Shown here piece after piece: positions 7,793 through 17,300 of a stretch of 32,000 bases of DNA (position 1 is the first letter of the stretch; each line of letters begins with the position of its first letter). Position numbers and translations under genes: made by a program. The DNA comes from an archaeon (GTDB lineage: Archaea > Iainarchaeota > Iainarchaeia > Iainarchaeales > 1-14-0-10-31-34). The notes beneath the pieces are model-generated. The model ran no database searches. It saw only the letters and a list, made by a program, of their open reading frames with translations, and had not been told where the DNA came from. Location: positions 60,001-92,000 of the forward strand of contig JAJRVL010000004.1 in NCBI GenBank assembly GCA_024277355.1, in the 5' to 3' direction.

Positions 7793-8928
7793 TTTTTCAT
7801 CTTTTCGTCATATAATTCTTTTATTGTTTTAACTAAAACTGAACTTGCAATTAATTGTATTCCAATAAACAACGAAGTCAAGCCAAGTAATGGAATAGTA
7901 AAATGAATTGAATTTGAACTAAATAAAACTAATGCAAAACCTAAAACAAAAAAGAATATTCCTGTTAAATTATATTTAGATAAAATATATCTATCATAAG
8001 CCCATTTATAGACTATAGCTGTGTTTAATTTCCTGTAAAATAATTTTGAAACAAAATTTGCAAGAAAACCAAAAAAAACCAATGAAATTCCAACTAATAA
8101 AAGTGAAGTAATTAAAAAAATTCTTCTTAATCCAAATGCATCAAAAGTCATTCCAGATAAAAGGAAAGGATAAAATAAAATTATGCCTGCTAAAATAAAT
8201 AATATTCCAATTGAACCAAATAATTTTAATGGATTATATAATTTTACTACTTCAAGAATTGAAAACAAAAAATTAAATCCATGTTTTACACTGTTTAATT
8301 TTGAATCTCCTGTTCTTTCAGAATATTTTATTGGAGTGAAATCTATTTTCCATTTTTTGTGGACTGCCATTGTAGTCATTGCAGGTGTAAAAGAAAGCCC
8401 GTTAGGCAAAGAATCAAATTGCAACGCTAATTTTCTTTTTAGTACTCTCATTCCTGAAGCAGTGTCTTTTACCTGAGAACTCCCAAAAAAATTCAATAAC
8501 CAAACAAACATTTTATTTCCAATTAATCTTTGAGCAGGCATTTTTGTTCCTTTACCTAATCTTGATCCAATAACCATTTCAGAATTTTTTAATAATAAAA
8601 ATGAAACAAGATTAGTCATTTCTTTTATTGGATAAGTTCCATCTGCATCATAAAACGCAATTAAATCTGAATTAGAATTTTTTATGCCTGTTTTTATTGC
8701 TGCGCCGTAACCTTTGTTTTTTTCATGTTCAATTAATTTAACTTCAGGAATAAACTTTTGAATTAAATTTTTAGTTTTATCTGTTGAACCATCATCTACA
8801 ATAATTATTTCAACTTCTTTTACTGTTGTTCGATTAATTATTCTTTGTTTTTCTGCTAATGACTGGCGGATAGTTGAAGAAATAGCTTTTTCTTCATTTA
8901 AAGCCGGAATAATTATTGTTAATTTCAT
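7789..8928 (-). CDS. GT2 dolichyl-phosphate-mannose synthase-like glycosyltransferase with C-terminal TM region
   Basis: IIIPALNEEKAIS, IIIVDDGSTDKT, YDADGTYP, VIGSRLGKG and QVKDTASGMRVLKR, then several hydrophobic segments. 4-nt overlap with 6713..7792. Confidence 0.88.
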   Translation of the reverse strand: MKLTIIIPALNEEKAISSTIRQSLAEKQRIINRTTVKEVEIIIVDDGSTDKTKNLIQKFIPEVKLIEHEKNKGYGAAIKTGIKNSNSDLIAFYDADGTYPIKEMTNLVSFLLLKNSEMVIGSRLGKGTKMPAQRLIGNKMFVWLLNFFGSSQVKDTASGMRVLKRKLALQFDSLPNGLSFTPAMTTMAVHKKWKIDFTPIKYSERTGDSKLNSVKHGFNFLFSILEVVKLYNPLKLFGSIGILFILAGIILFYPFLLSGMTFDAFGLRRIFLITSLLLVGISLVFFGFLANFVSKLFYRKLNTAIVYKWAYDRYILSKYNLTGIFFFVLGFALVLFSSNSIHFTIPLLGLTSLFIGIQLIASSVLVKTIKELYDEKMKK

Positions 8929-8965
8929 GATACCAAAATGTTTTAATAGAAAAGAATCTATTATG

Positions 8966-8995
8966 ATTACTTAAATAATGAATTACTTTAAATAA
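8966..8995 (+). promoter_or_regulatory. Tandem TATA-like boxes upstream of the ABC transporter operon
   Basis: ATTACTTAAATAA (8966-8978) and ATTACTTTAAATAA (8982-8995), 33 nt before the GTG start at 9028, in a divergent intergenic region. Confidence 0.4.
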
Positions 8996-9027
8996 AAAGT
9001 TATGTGAAAGAAAAATGGTGTTTTTAA

Positions 9028-9765
9028 GTGGATGAAAAAATCATTGAAATTAAAAATTTAAGAAAAGAATTCAAAACAAGCTTAAATCCGGTTTCTTTAA
9101 TTGAATTCTTTTTTCCTAAACATCGAACTACAATTGCAGTTGATTCACTTAATTTAGATATCTTTAAAGGAGAAACTTTAGGTTTATTGGGGCCTAATGG
9201 TGCAGGAAAAACCACTTTAATTAAGTTAATTACAGGTATTTTATATCCAACTTCAGGTGAAACGAAAATTAAGGGAAAACAGATTGAAGAACAAAAAAAA
9301 ATAATTGGATTAATGTTAGGCTATGACATGATTTATTATCGTATGACCGGCTATGACAACTTAAAGTATTTTGCAAGAATCTACAAAATAAAAGATTTTG
9401 ATTCAAGAATAAAAGAATTAAGTGAATTACTTGAATTTAAAGATTATTTATTTGAATACGTAGAAAATTATTCTTTAGGAACAAAATCAAAATTAGCTTT
9501 AGCAAGAGCAATGATTCATGCTCCTGAAATTCTTATTTTAGATGAACCAACTTTAGGTTTAGATATTAATGTTTCTGAAAAAATAAGAGGACATATCCAA
9601 AACTTAGGCAAAACAATAATCCTTACAACTCATTACGAAAAAGAAGCAATAGAATTATGCGACAGGATTGCATTAATTAATAACGGAAAAATAATCAGAT
9701 TAGAAAAAAAAGAAAAATTCAATGAATTACTTAAAGAATTTTCTGAATTAGGGGAAACAAAATGA
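9028..9765 (+). CDS. ABC transporter ATP-binding protein (ABC-2 exporter type)
   Basis: Walker A GPNGAGKTTLI, signature-like YSLGTKSKLALARAM, Walker B ILILDEPTLGLD and H-loop TTHYEKEA. GTG start with GGTG at 9017-9020. Confidence 0.92.
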   Translation: MDEKIIEIKNLRKEFKTSLNPVSLIEFFFPKHRTTIAVDSLNLDIFKGETLGLLGPNGAGKTTLIKLITGILYPTSGETKIKGKQIEEQKKIIGLMLGYDMIYYRMTGYDNLKYFARIYKIKDFDSRIKELSELLEFKDYLFEYVENYSLGTKSKLALARAMIHAPEILILDEPTLGLDINVSEKIRGHIQNLGKTIILTTHYEKEAIELCDRIALINNGKIIRLEKKEKFNELLKEFSELGETK

Positions 9766-10559
9766 ATGAATTTTTTCATGAAATAACTGCAATAACCAAA
9801 AAAGAATTTAAGTTAAATATTAGATTTAAGACAGCTTATTTATTGAATACTTTTGTCAGTCCTGTTTTATCAATTATTCCTTTAATTATAATTTATTATG
9901 GGTTTTTGCATTATACTGATGCAACAGATTTTGGAGGAATAAATTTATCTAATTATATTGCTTTCTTAAGTTTTGGTATTGCAGCACAAGCTTTTTTTCA
10001 TACAGGAACAAATGTTTTTGCAGTGAGATTCAGAGAAGAAAAATACTGGAGAACAATTGAAGCATTATTTATTGCACCAATAAATTATATTTCGTTAATT
10101 ATTGGAGTTGGAATTAATGTTGCATTAAAATTACTGCCTTTACTTTTAATTTTTATTTTAATTGCATCTGCATTTACTGTTCCTTCAATAACACAGGTTT
10201 TGTTTGTAATAATAATTCTGTTATTGCTTTTGCTTTTTTGTCTTGGAATTGGATTGATTTACGGAGCACTAACCTTGTTTTCAGAAAACTTTGATCCTTT
10301 TTTCAGGTATTTTTTTGCTATGTGGGTTTTATTAAGCTGTTTTGCTTATCCAATAACAATAATTCCAGAAAGCTTTAGAACAATAATCCTGTTTAATCCA
10401 GTTTATCATGCAGTTAATTTTGCAAGAGAATTATGGATTAATAATTTCTTTGATTTAGGTGCATTTCTTTATGTTTTAGGTTTTGCAATAATCATGCCTG
10501 TAATATCAGTTTACATATTTAAAATGGCGTGGAAAAGAATGGAAGTACAAGGCTACTAG
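9762..10559 (+). CDS. ABC-2 type transporter permease
   Basis: About six hydrophobic helices, typical ABC-2 permease pattern (FRFREEKYWRTIEALF-like region, FNPVYHAVNFARELW). 4-nt overlap with the ATPase gene. Confidence 0.87.
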   Translation: MNEFFHEITAITKKEFKLNIRFKTAYLLNTFVSPVLSIIPLIIIYYGFLHYTDATDFGGINLSNYIAFLSFGIAAQAFFHTGTNVFAVRFREEKYWRTIEALFIAPINYISLIIGVGINVALKLLPLLLIFILIASAFTVPSITQVLFVIIILLLLLLFCLGIGLIYGALTLFSENFDPFFRYFFAMWVLLSCFAYPITIIPESFRTIILFNPVYHAVNFARELWINNFFDLGAFLYVLGFAIIMPVISVYIFKMAWKRMEVQGY

Positions 10560-10561
10560 TT

Positions 10562-11194
10562 TTATTTTTTTCCAACAAAAACAAAACTATAAGTGAATTC
10601 TTTTGGAATTAATTTTCCTAAAGGATTATGCGTGTGCTTGTCAGTTTTTTCAATTAAAAAATATTTTTCAATTAATTTTTTCCATTCATTAAAAGAAGCA
10701 AGTCTTTCATTTGGCTGGTGTGCGGTAGCAGGATTTAATTTAAACAAAATAAAATTTAAATTAGGAACATAAATCAAAATTTTCCCGTCTTTCTTCAAAA
10801 CTCTTTTCATTTCACTTAAAGCATTCTCCATATCAATAAAATGCTCTAAGCTTCCTAAACAAACAACAAAATCAAAAAAATTATTTTTAAAAGGAAGACT
10901 TGAAGCAGAACATAAAGTTAATTCAGCCTTGGAAATTTTTTTTGCATTATTTAAAGCAACAGAACTAAAATCAACTCCAAAAGTTTCAGTAAACTTTTCT
11001 GCTTGTTTTAAAAAAAATCCTCCGCCGCATCCAACATCCAACAGTTTTTTATCAGATTTTTCTTTTAGGCCTAAATACTTCAGCATTAAAGAATTATATT
11101 TAATTGAAGTTTCAAACACTCCAAAATCAGAAAATCGTTTATTATACCATTGCTTTGCTTTTAAATCAGAATCAAATTCCATTCTTTCAAGCAT
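10562..11194 (-). CDS. Class I SAM-dependent methyltransferase
   Basis: KLLDVGCGGGFFLKQAEK, FGVDFS, FDFVVCLGSLEHFIDMENALSEMKRVLKKDGKILIYVPN. Confidence 0.88.
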   Translation of the reverse strand: MLERMEFDSDLKAKQWYNKRFSDFGVFETSIKYNSLMLKYLGLKEKSDKKLLDVGCGGGFFLKQAEKFTETFGVDFSSVALNNAKKISKAELTLCSASSLPFKNNFFDFVVCLGSLEHFIDMENALSEMKRVLKKDGKILIYVPNLNFILFKLNPATAHQPNERLASFNEWKKLIEKYFLIEKTDKHTHNPLGKLIPKEFTYSFVFVGKK

Positions 11195-11246
11195 ACATCA
11201 GATAAAGAAACTAAATAATTAAATAAGATGCTTTAGATTATCTTTT

Positions 11247-12278
11247 ATGCCAAAAATTTCTGTTATAATATGTCAAAGAAATTCAGAAAAATTCATTGAA
11301 AAATGCATTAATTCAGTAATTCAACAAGACTTCAAAGATTTTGAATTAATTATAGTGGATGATTATTCAACTGATAACACAAAACGAAAAATAAAAGAAA
11401 TAATTAATGAATTAAAAGAAAAAGAAACAAAAAATTCAGAAGAAAAAACAAAAAAATTAAATTCAGAAAAATCACTTGCACAAAAAAAACAAATTAAATT
11501 AATTGAACTTCCATTTCATTCAGGAATAAGCAAAGCAAGAAATTCAGGAATAAAAAATTCTTCAGGAAAAATAATTGCTTTTATTGACTCAGATGCTTTC
11601 CCAAAAAAAAACTGGTTAAAAGAATTATTAAATGGATTTCAGGAAAATGTTGTTTCAGTTGGCGGACCAAATTTAGTTCCAATAGATTCAGGGAAAAACG
11701 AAAAAATATTTGATGAAGTTCTTGAATTAATTTCAGTTTTTGGTTCAAATTATGTAAAGAATTCAGATAAAATAATTGAAGTAAAACATAATCCTTCCTG
11801 TAATTCAGCTTATACAAAAAAAATTCTTGAAGAAATGAAAGGATTTAATGAAACACTTTCAAGCAATGAAGACCCTGAATTAGATTTCAGAATAAAAAAA
11901 ACAGGAAAAAAAATTGTTTTTAATCCAAAAGCAGTAGTTTATCATCATAGAAAAGATTCAGTCAGCAAAATTTTCAGGCAGGCTTTTTGGTTTGGAAAAG
12001 GAAGAATACAGGTAATAAAAATTCACTCAGAATTAGCTGAATGTTTTAGAATAATTCCTTCAATGTCAATTCTTGCATTAATTAATTTGTTTTTTTATGG
12101 ATTAATTGTATCTGAATTAAAATGGTTTTTTTATTTTATTTTTCTTTTATTTTCTGTTTTAATTTTAATTTCTTTTATTGCAGTAATTAAATTCAAAAGA
12201 TTTTCAATTAAATATTTCTTGTTTTTAACTGCATGGTTTTTTGGTTATGGTTTTGGAATGCTCAGAGGGATTAAATGA
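11247..12278 (+). CDS. GT2 family glycosyltransferase with C-terminal TM region
   Basis: VSVIICQRN-like start, ELIIVDDYSTDNTK, GISKARNSGIKNSSGKIIAFIDSDAFP, DPELDFRIKKTG. Confidence 0.88.
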   Translation: MPKISVIICQRNSEKFIEKCINSVIQQDFKDFELIIVDDYSTDNTKRKIKEIINELKEKETKNSEEKTKKLNSEKSLAQKKQIKLIELPFHSGISKARNSGIKNSSGKIIAFIDSDAFPKKNWLKELLNGFQENVVSVGGPNLVPIDSGKNEKIFDEVLELISVFGSNYVKNSDKIIEVKHNPSCNSAYTKKILEEMKGFNETLSSNEDPELDFRIKKTGKKIVFNPKAVVYHHRKDSVSKIFRQAFWFGKGRIQVIKIHSELAECFRIIPSMSILALINLFFYGLIVSELKWFFYFIFLLFSVLILISFIAVIKFKRFSIKYFLFLTAWFFGYGFGMLRGIK

Positions 12279-13426
12279 AAATTTTAATTACTTCAATGTT
12301 TTATAAAAAAAGTTTTGGGCAGGGTTTATGTGCAGAAAAATTAGCTGAATTTTTATCTAAAAAAAATAAAGTGACAGTTTTTCATGGAGAAAAAACTGAA
12401 TTTAAAAATAAAAAAAACCTTGAAATAAAAAAAATTAAATCAAGCAGTATTAAAGGATTAGATATTTTATCTTTTTCATTTAACTTAAGCAAAAAAGTTT
12501 TAGAAGAAAAATTTGATGTAATTTATGCACAGGATTATTCGTTAGGTTTAACTGATTTTTCTAAACTTAATACTCCTTTGATTTATCATGCAAGAGGAAC
12601 AGTAAAAGGAAACTCAATAAACAGACCTAAAAGTGAATTAACCATTGAATTAATGCGAAAAATGATTATTCCTTTAATGATTAATATGGACAAAAACTGC
12701 TGTGAAAAAGCAAAAACAATTATTGCTGCATCAGAAACAATCAAAAAAGAAATTAAAGATTACTATAAAATTTCAGGAAAAAAAATCAAGGTTGTTTCAG
12801 ATGGAGTTGATTTAAAAAAATTCAGGAAAACAAAAAAACTTAAAAACAAAACAAAAAAATTAAAGAAAAAACTAAAAACAAAAAACAAGAAAGTTTTGTT
12901 GTTTGCAGGAAGATTAGTTCCTCAAAAAGGAATAATTTTTTTAATTAAAGCAATGCCTGAAATAACCAAAAAAATTCCTGATGTATTACTTTTAATTGCA
13001 GGAAGCGACACAAGCCAAGGATACAAAAAAGAATTAGATAAAGAAATCCATAAACTTAAAGTCAAAAAACACGTAAAGTTTTTAGGTTATATTAAACAGG
13101 AAAAAATGCCTGAATTAATTGAATTAAGTGATTTAATTGTCAGTCCTTCAACTTATGAACCAATAGGAATAATTAATATTGAAGCCATTTCTTTGAATAA
13201 ACCAGTAATTATTCCAAAAACAATTGGTTCAATTAATACATTAAAAGATTCAGCAGTAACAATTAATCCAAATAAACCAAAAGAAATCTCTAAAGCAGTA
13301 ACAACAATTCTTTCTTCAGAAAAACTACTGAAAAAACTTTCAGCTAAAGGAAGAATTAATGCAAAAAAAGTTGAATGGAATAAAATTGGAAATAAAGTGG
13401 AAGCTATACTGAGGGAAAACAAATGA
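12275..13426 (+). CDS. GT4 family glycosyltransferase
   Basis: KVLLFAGRLVPQKGIIFLIKA and SPSTYEPIGIINIEAISLNKPVIIPKTIGSI. 4-nt overlap with the previous gene. Confidence 0.87.
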   Translation: MKILITSMFYKKSFGQGLCAEKLAEFLSKKNKVTVFHGEKTEFKNKKNLEIKKIKSSSIKGLDILSFSFNLSKKVLEEKFDVIYAQDYSLGLTDFSKLNTPLIYHARGTVKGNSINRPKSELTIELMRKMIIPLMINMDKNCCEKAKTIIAASETIKKEIKDYYKISGKKIKVVSDGVDLKKFRKTKKLKNKTKKLKKKLKTKNKKVLLFAGRLVPQKGIIFLIKAMPEITKKIPDVLLLIAGSDTSQGYKKELDKEIHKLKVKKHVKFLGYIKQEKMPELIELSDLIVSPSTYEPIGIINIEAISLNKPVIIPKTIGSINTLKDSAVTINPNKPKEISKAVTTILSSEKLLKKLSAKGRINAKKVEWNKIGNKVEAILRENK

Positions 13427-14382
13427 TTTCAATTATTATTCCTGCATTTAATGCAGAAAAAACAATAAAAAAAACCCTTGATTCATTACTTGAACAAACT
13501 TTAAAACCAGATGAAATAATTGTAATTAATGACGGTTCAAATGATTTAACACAAAAAATAACTGAAGAATTAATGCAGAAAAATAATTCAATTAAACTAT
13601 TTAACAGAAAAAATGCAGGAATAAGTGCAAGCAGAAATTTTGGTGCAGAAAAAGCTTTAGGAGAAATAATTGTTTTTTTAGATTCAGATGTTTTAGTTGA
13701 AAAAAAATGGCTGGAAAAATTAATTGTTCCATTAAACAACAAAGAAGTTTTTTGTGTTTGCGGAAAGTATTCAATTGAATTAAATAATTCCCTTACATCA
13801 GATTTTTTTTCTTTTATTATAAGCAGTTCTTCTTTTCAGGGATATAATATTGCTTTCAGAAAAAAAGATTTTATTGAATCAAAAGGATTTAACAAAAAAA
13901 TGAAGTACTGCGAGGACCCTGAATTTTTTTTGAAAGCATTTCTTTCAGGAAAAAAACTGGAAAAAACTACAGCTGAAAGCTTTCATAGAAGTTATTCTTT
14001 AACTGAAAGAATTAAAGCAAACTTTAAGTATTCTTTTTTTGATGCAGTATTATTCAAAAAAAACCCGTATTTTTTAATTAATCCTTTTAATTTAATTAAT
14101 CTGCCTGAAAACGTAAAATTAATTTTTGGTTTTTACTGGGTGTTATTTTTTTCAGTTTCTTTTTCATTAATTTCTTTTGTTTATACAAAAAACATTTATT
14201 ATTTTATTTTTCTTTTTATTCCTGCATTAATTGGATGCATTAAAATAATTTCAGCTAAAAACAATGCAAAACACAAAAACAATTTTTTGTTTGTTTTAAT
14301 TTATTCATTTTTCCTGTTATTTCTTTTTTCTTTTGTTAAAGGAACAGGATTTATTAAGGGATTAATTCAAAATAAGCATTAA
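13423..14382 (+). CDS. GT2 family glycosyltransferase with C-terminal TM region
   Basis: ISIIIPAFNAEKTIKKTLDSLLEQTLKPDEIIVINDGSNDLT, GISASRNFGAEKALGEIIVFLDSDVL. Confidence 0.88.
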   Translation: MISIIIPAFNAEKTIKKTLDSLLEQTLKPDEIIVINDGSNDLTQKITEELMQKNNSIKLFNRKNAGISASRNFGAEKALGEIIVFLDSDVLVEKKWLEKLIVPLNNKEVFCVCGKYSIELNNSLTSDFFSFIISSSSFQGYNIAFRKKDFIESKGFNKKMKYCEDPEFFLKAFLSGKKLEKTTAESFHRSYSLTERIKANFKYSFFDAVLFKKNPYFLINPFNLINLPENVKLIFGFYWVLFFSVSFSLISFVYTKNIYYFIFLFIPALIGCIKIISAKNNAKHKNNFLFVLIYSFFLLFLFSFVKGTGFIKGLIQNKH

Positions 14383-15433
14383 TGTGTTTTTCTGATACAG
14401 CAGTTAAAGAATATTTCTGTTTCACTAATTTTAATCCATTATTTCCCATTTTATTTCTTAATAAAGGATTAAGCAATAATTCTAATGCAACAGTTAATTC
14501 ATCAGTTTTTTTTGGAGGAACTAAAAAACCATTAAAACCATCAACTATAACTTCTTTTATTCCTTCAATTGAAGTTCCAATTACAGGTTTTCCACAGGCC
14601 ATTGCTTCAATTAAAACTAAACCAAAAGCTTCGGATGAAATTGAAGGCAAAACAAGAACATCAACTGAATTCACAGCATCAATTACTCCTTTTTCACTGA
14701 ACTTTCCTGCAAAAACCACGTCTTTTGCATGCATTTTTTCTGCTATAGACTCATAATATTTGTATGTTGTGTCAAGAAAAGCAGGATTTTCCTTGCCAAT
14801 GATTACAAGTTTTTTATCTTTAGTTTTAATTTCATTAAATGCATTAATCAGATAGGGAATTCCTTTATTTGAAGCAAGTCTTCCTAAAAACAACACAATA
14901 AAAGATTTTTTTCCTAAATTCAGTTTTTTTCTCAATAAAAGCTTTGATTTAGGAATTTGTTTAAATAATTCAGTGTCAACTGAATCAGGAATTAATTCAA
15001 TTTTTTTAAAACCTAATTCCTTCAAAATGCTTTCTTCTCTTAAAGTTAAAGCAAAAATTTTATTAAAATTCATTAATTTATGAACAAAAAAATTAATTTT
15101 TTCTCTGAATAAATTTCTATTATAATCAAAATGAGGAGTAATTATGCAGGGAGTTTTAGTTAATTTACAGTAAATCCATGGAAAAAAATTTATTATCCTA
15201 AATCCATGAAAATGAACTATTTCCGGTTTTAATTTATTTAATTCAAAAATTAAATTAAAACCCAAAGAAAAATTTTTTGAATTAAATTTAAATAAGTTTT
15301 TTGTTAATCCATTCTGATTTAATACAAAGACTTCATGTCCTTTAGAAGAAAAACTTTTTCTGAAATTTTCAATTACTTTTTCTATTCCTCCAATATTAGA
15401 GTAATATTGTTTTGAAATAAAAGCTATTCTCAT
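14354..15433 (-). CDS. GT4 family glycosyltransferase
   Basis: YYSNIGGIEKVIENF, FIVLFLGRLASNKGIPYLINAF and LPSISSEAFGLVLIEAMACGKPVIGTSIEGIKEVI. Confidence 0.9.
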   Translation of the reverse strand: MRIAFISKQYYSNIGGIEKVIENFRKSFSSKGHEVFVLNQNGLTKNLFKFNSKNFSLGFNLIFELNKLKPEIVHFHGFRIINFFPWIYCKLTKTPCIITPHFDYNRNLFREKINFFVHKLMNFNKIFALTLREESILKELGFKKIELIPDSVDTELFKQIPKSKLLLRKKLNLGKKSFIVLFLGRLASNKGIPYLINAFNEIKTKDKKLVIIGKENPAFLDTTYKYYESIAEKMHAKDVVFAGKFSEKGVIDAVNSVDVLVLPSISSEAFGLVLIEAMACGKPVIGTSIEGIKEVIVDGFNGFLVPPKKTDELTVALELLLNPLLRNKMGNNGLKLVKQKYSLTAVSEKHINAYFELIP

Positions 15434-16617
15434 TTAACCACTTTATTATAAATTTCAATTGTCTTGTCTGATATTTTATTCCAATTCAATCTGTTTTCAG
15501 TTTCTTTTAATGCATTAAAAGAAATTTTTTCAGCAAACTTTTTATTTTCTAAAACTATTCTTAATTTTTCTTTTAATTCTTTTTCATTTCCAGGTTCAAA
15601 TAAAAATCCTGTTTCATTATCTTCAATTAAGTCAGTAAATCCCCCTGCATTAGATGCAATAACAGGTTTTTCTGAATTCATTGCTTCAGTTGCAATACTG
15701 GAACAAGGTTCAGGCCATAAAGAAGGAATTACAATTACATCAGAAAAAGGAATAAATTGTTTTCTTACTTTTTCATTTGGAATTTTTTCAAAAAAAATCA
15801 CATTACTTAGATTATTTTTTTCAATAAATAATTTCATTTCATTAAAATATTTTTCTTCAGCATAACTAAAAACAAAAACAAATAATGCATTAATGTCTTT
15901 TGCAGTTTTAAGCAGAATTTTTGCTCCTTTTTCTTCAATTAAGCTTCCTAAAAACAAAACTATCTTTTTATCTGAATTAAATGGATTAATTCCTTTTTGT
16001 TTTACAAAAGCCGAAACATTAGGAATAACTGAAATTTCTTTTTCTTTTTTTAATTGAATTGAATTTTTTACTTCTGAACTAACAGCAATAATTTTATCTG
16101 CCTGTTCAGCAGAACTTCTTAAAATCCATCTCTTTAATTTCATTGAAGTTTTATTTGAATTCATGCATTTAGTGCATCTTTCTATTGGATAATCCATGCA
16201 AATTTTATTTTCATAAAATCTTCTTCCTTTAACACAATTAATCCAGTTACCGTGAACAGTCAAAATTAGCGGAACTTTAAACAGTTTTAACGGCAGAACT
16301 GAAAGCAAAGAAAAAGGATCATGAACATGAATTAAATCATATTTTTTTTTTAAATAAAGCTGTAATGCTTTAATAAAAAAAGGAATAACAAGATTTTTTC
16401 CTTTAACTGAAAGTTCTTGTTGTTTTTTTATTCCTGAATTAACTCTAAAAACATTAATTAAACCAATTTTTTCAGAGGACTTTGCATTACCAATTTTTGT
16501 CGTTAATACATCTGTTTCAATATTTTTTTGATTTAATTGCTTTGACAAGTTAAATACATGCTGTTCAATTCCTCCTAAAGAAGGAAAAAAAATTGGAGTA
16601 ATCATTAAAACTTTCAT
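15430..16617 (-). CDS. GT4 family glycosyltransferase
   Basis: FFPSLGGIEQHVFNLSKQL, KIVLFLGSLIEEKGAKILL and IPSLWPEPCSSIATEAMNSEKPVIASNAGGFTDLI. Confidence 0.9.
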   Translation of the reverse strand: MKVLMITPIFFPSLGGIEQHVFNLSKQLNQKNIETDVLTTKIGNAKSSEKIGLINVFRVNSGIKKQQELSVKGKNLVIPFFIKALQLYLKKKYDLIHVHDPFSLLSVLPLKLFKVPLILTVHGNWINCVKGRRFYENKICMDYPIERCTKCMNSNKTSMKLKRWILRSSAEQADKIIAVSSEVKNSIQLKKEKEISVIPNVSAFVKQKGINPFNSDKKIVLFLGSLIEEKGAKILLKTAKDINALFVFVFSYAEEKYFNEMKLFIEKNNLSNVIFFEKIPNEKVRKQFIPFSDVIVIPSLWPEPCSSIATEAMNSEKPVIASNAGGFTDLIEDNETGFLFEPGNEKELKEKLRIVLENKKFAEKISFNALKETENRLNWNKISDKTIEIYNKVVK

Positions 16618-17300
16618 TATTTTTTCCTCGCTTTAATTATAATGCTTAAAGACAAAGAAGGAAAAAAATCAGCTAAAATGCTTTCAATTCTTGCAAGCAA
16701 AGGAAACTCTATTTTGTCGCTTATTCTTAATAATTCAGAATTCCTTTTTTCAATTTTAAATCCTTTTTCTTTTAATTGTTTTTCAAGTAACTTAAAAGTA
16801 TAAGCTCTGATATGTCCTCCGCCTTTAGTGTAATCTAAATTCAAAGGTTTTTTTCCTATAAGCAAAAGAAACCGATTTCCAATCCAGGCAGTATTAGGCG
16901 TTGAAATAATCAAAAAACCATTTGGTTTAATTATTCTGGATAATTCTGAAACTAAAAAATCTGTATCAAAAATATGCTCTATTACTTCTCCTGCAAAAAC
17001 TGCATCAAAATAATTTGATTTAAAAGGAAAAGTTTTTTCAAAATCAAATTTAACTGAATGAATTTCTTTTTCTTTTGCATGAATTAAAGCAGAAGAAATA
17101 TCGCCTCCAAAAACATTCCATCCTAATTTTTTTAATTCAACTGAAAATTCTCCTTTAAGGCATCCTAAATCAAGTAATTTTCCTTTTTTTTCTTTACTTA
17201 ACATTACATAAATTTTCTTTAATCTTTCATTGTAATTAATATCCACAGGCAAATCCTTGTATCTTTCTCCCTGAAATTCAGATAAATTATTTTTTTGCAT
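16617..17300 (-). CDS. Class I SAM-dependent methyltransferase embedded in a glycosyltransferase operon
   Basis: KLLDLGCLKGEFSVELKKLGWNVFGGDIS and FDAVFAGEVIEHIFDTDFLVSELSRIIKPNGFLIISTPN. Confidence 0.87.
   Translation of the reverse strand: MQKNNLSEFQGERYKDLPVDINYNERLKKIYVMLSKEKKGKLLDLGCLKGEFSVELKKLGWNVFGGDISSALIHAKEKEIHSVKFDFEKTFPFKSNYFDAVFAGEVIEHIFDTDFLVSELSRIIKPNGFLIISTPNTAWIGNRFLLLIGKKPLNLDYTKGGGHIRAYTFKLLEKQLKEKGFKIEKRNSELLRISDKIEFPLLARIESILADFFPSLSLSIIIKARKK

Noticed and set aside
6808-8476. Plus-strand ORFs 6808..7026 and 8183..8476
   Set aside because: Both lie antisense to conserved GT4/GT2 coding regions; hydrophobic or Asn-rich composition arises from the opposite strand's codons.
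9024-9215. Minus-strand 63-aa ORF over the ABC ATPase start
   Set aside because: Antisense to the Walker A region of a conserved ATPase.
10929-11222. Plus-strand 97-aa ORF antisense to the methyltransferase start
   Set aside because: Opposes the conserved methyltransferase motif I region; no domain pattern.
11581-11817. Minus-strand ORFs 11581..11817, 13153..13422 and 13404..13742
   Set aside because: All antisense to recognisable GT2/GT4 genes.
14382-14756. Plus-strand ORFs 14382..14756, 15464..15865 and 17741..17998
   Set aside because: Antisense to conserved GT4 coding regions, including the PSxSEAFGLVLIEAMACGKPV motif in the first case.
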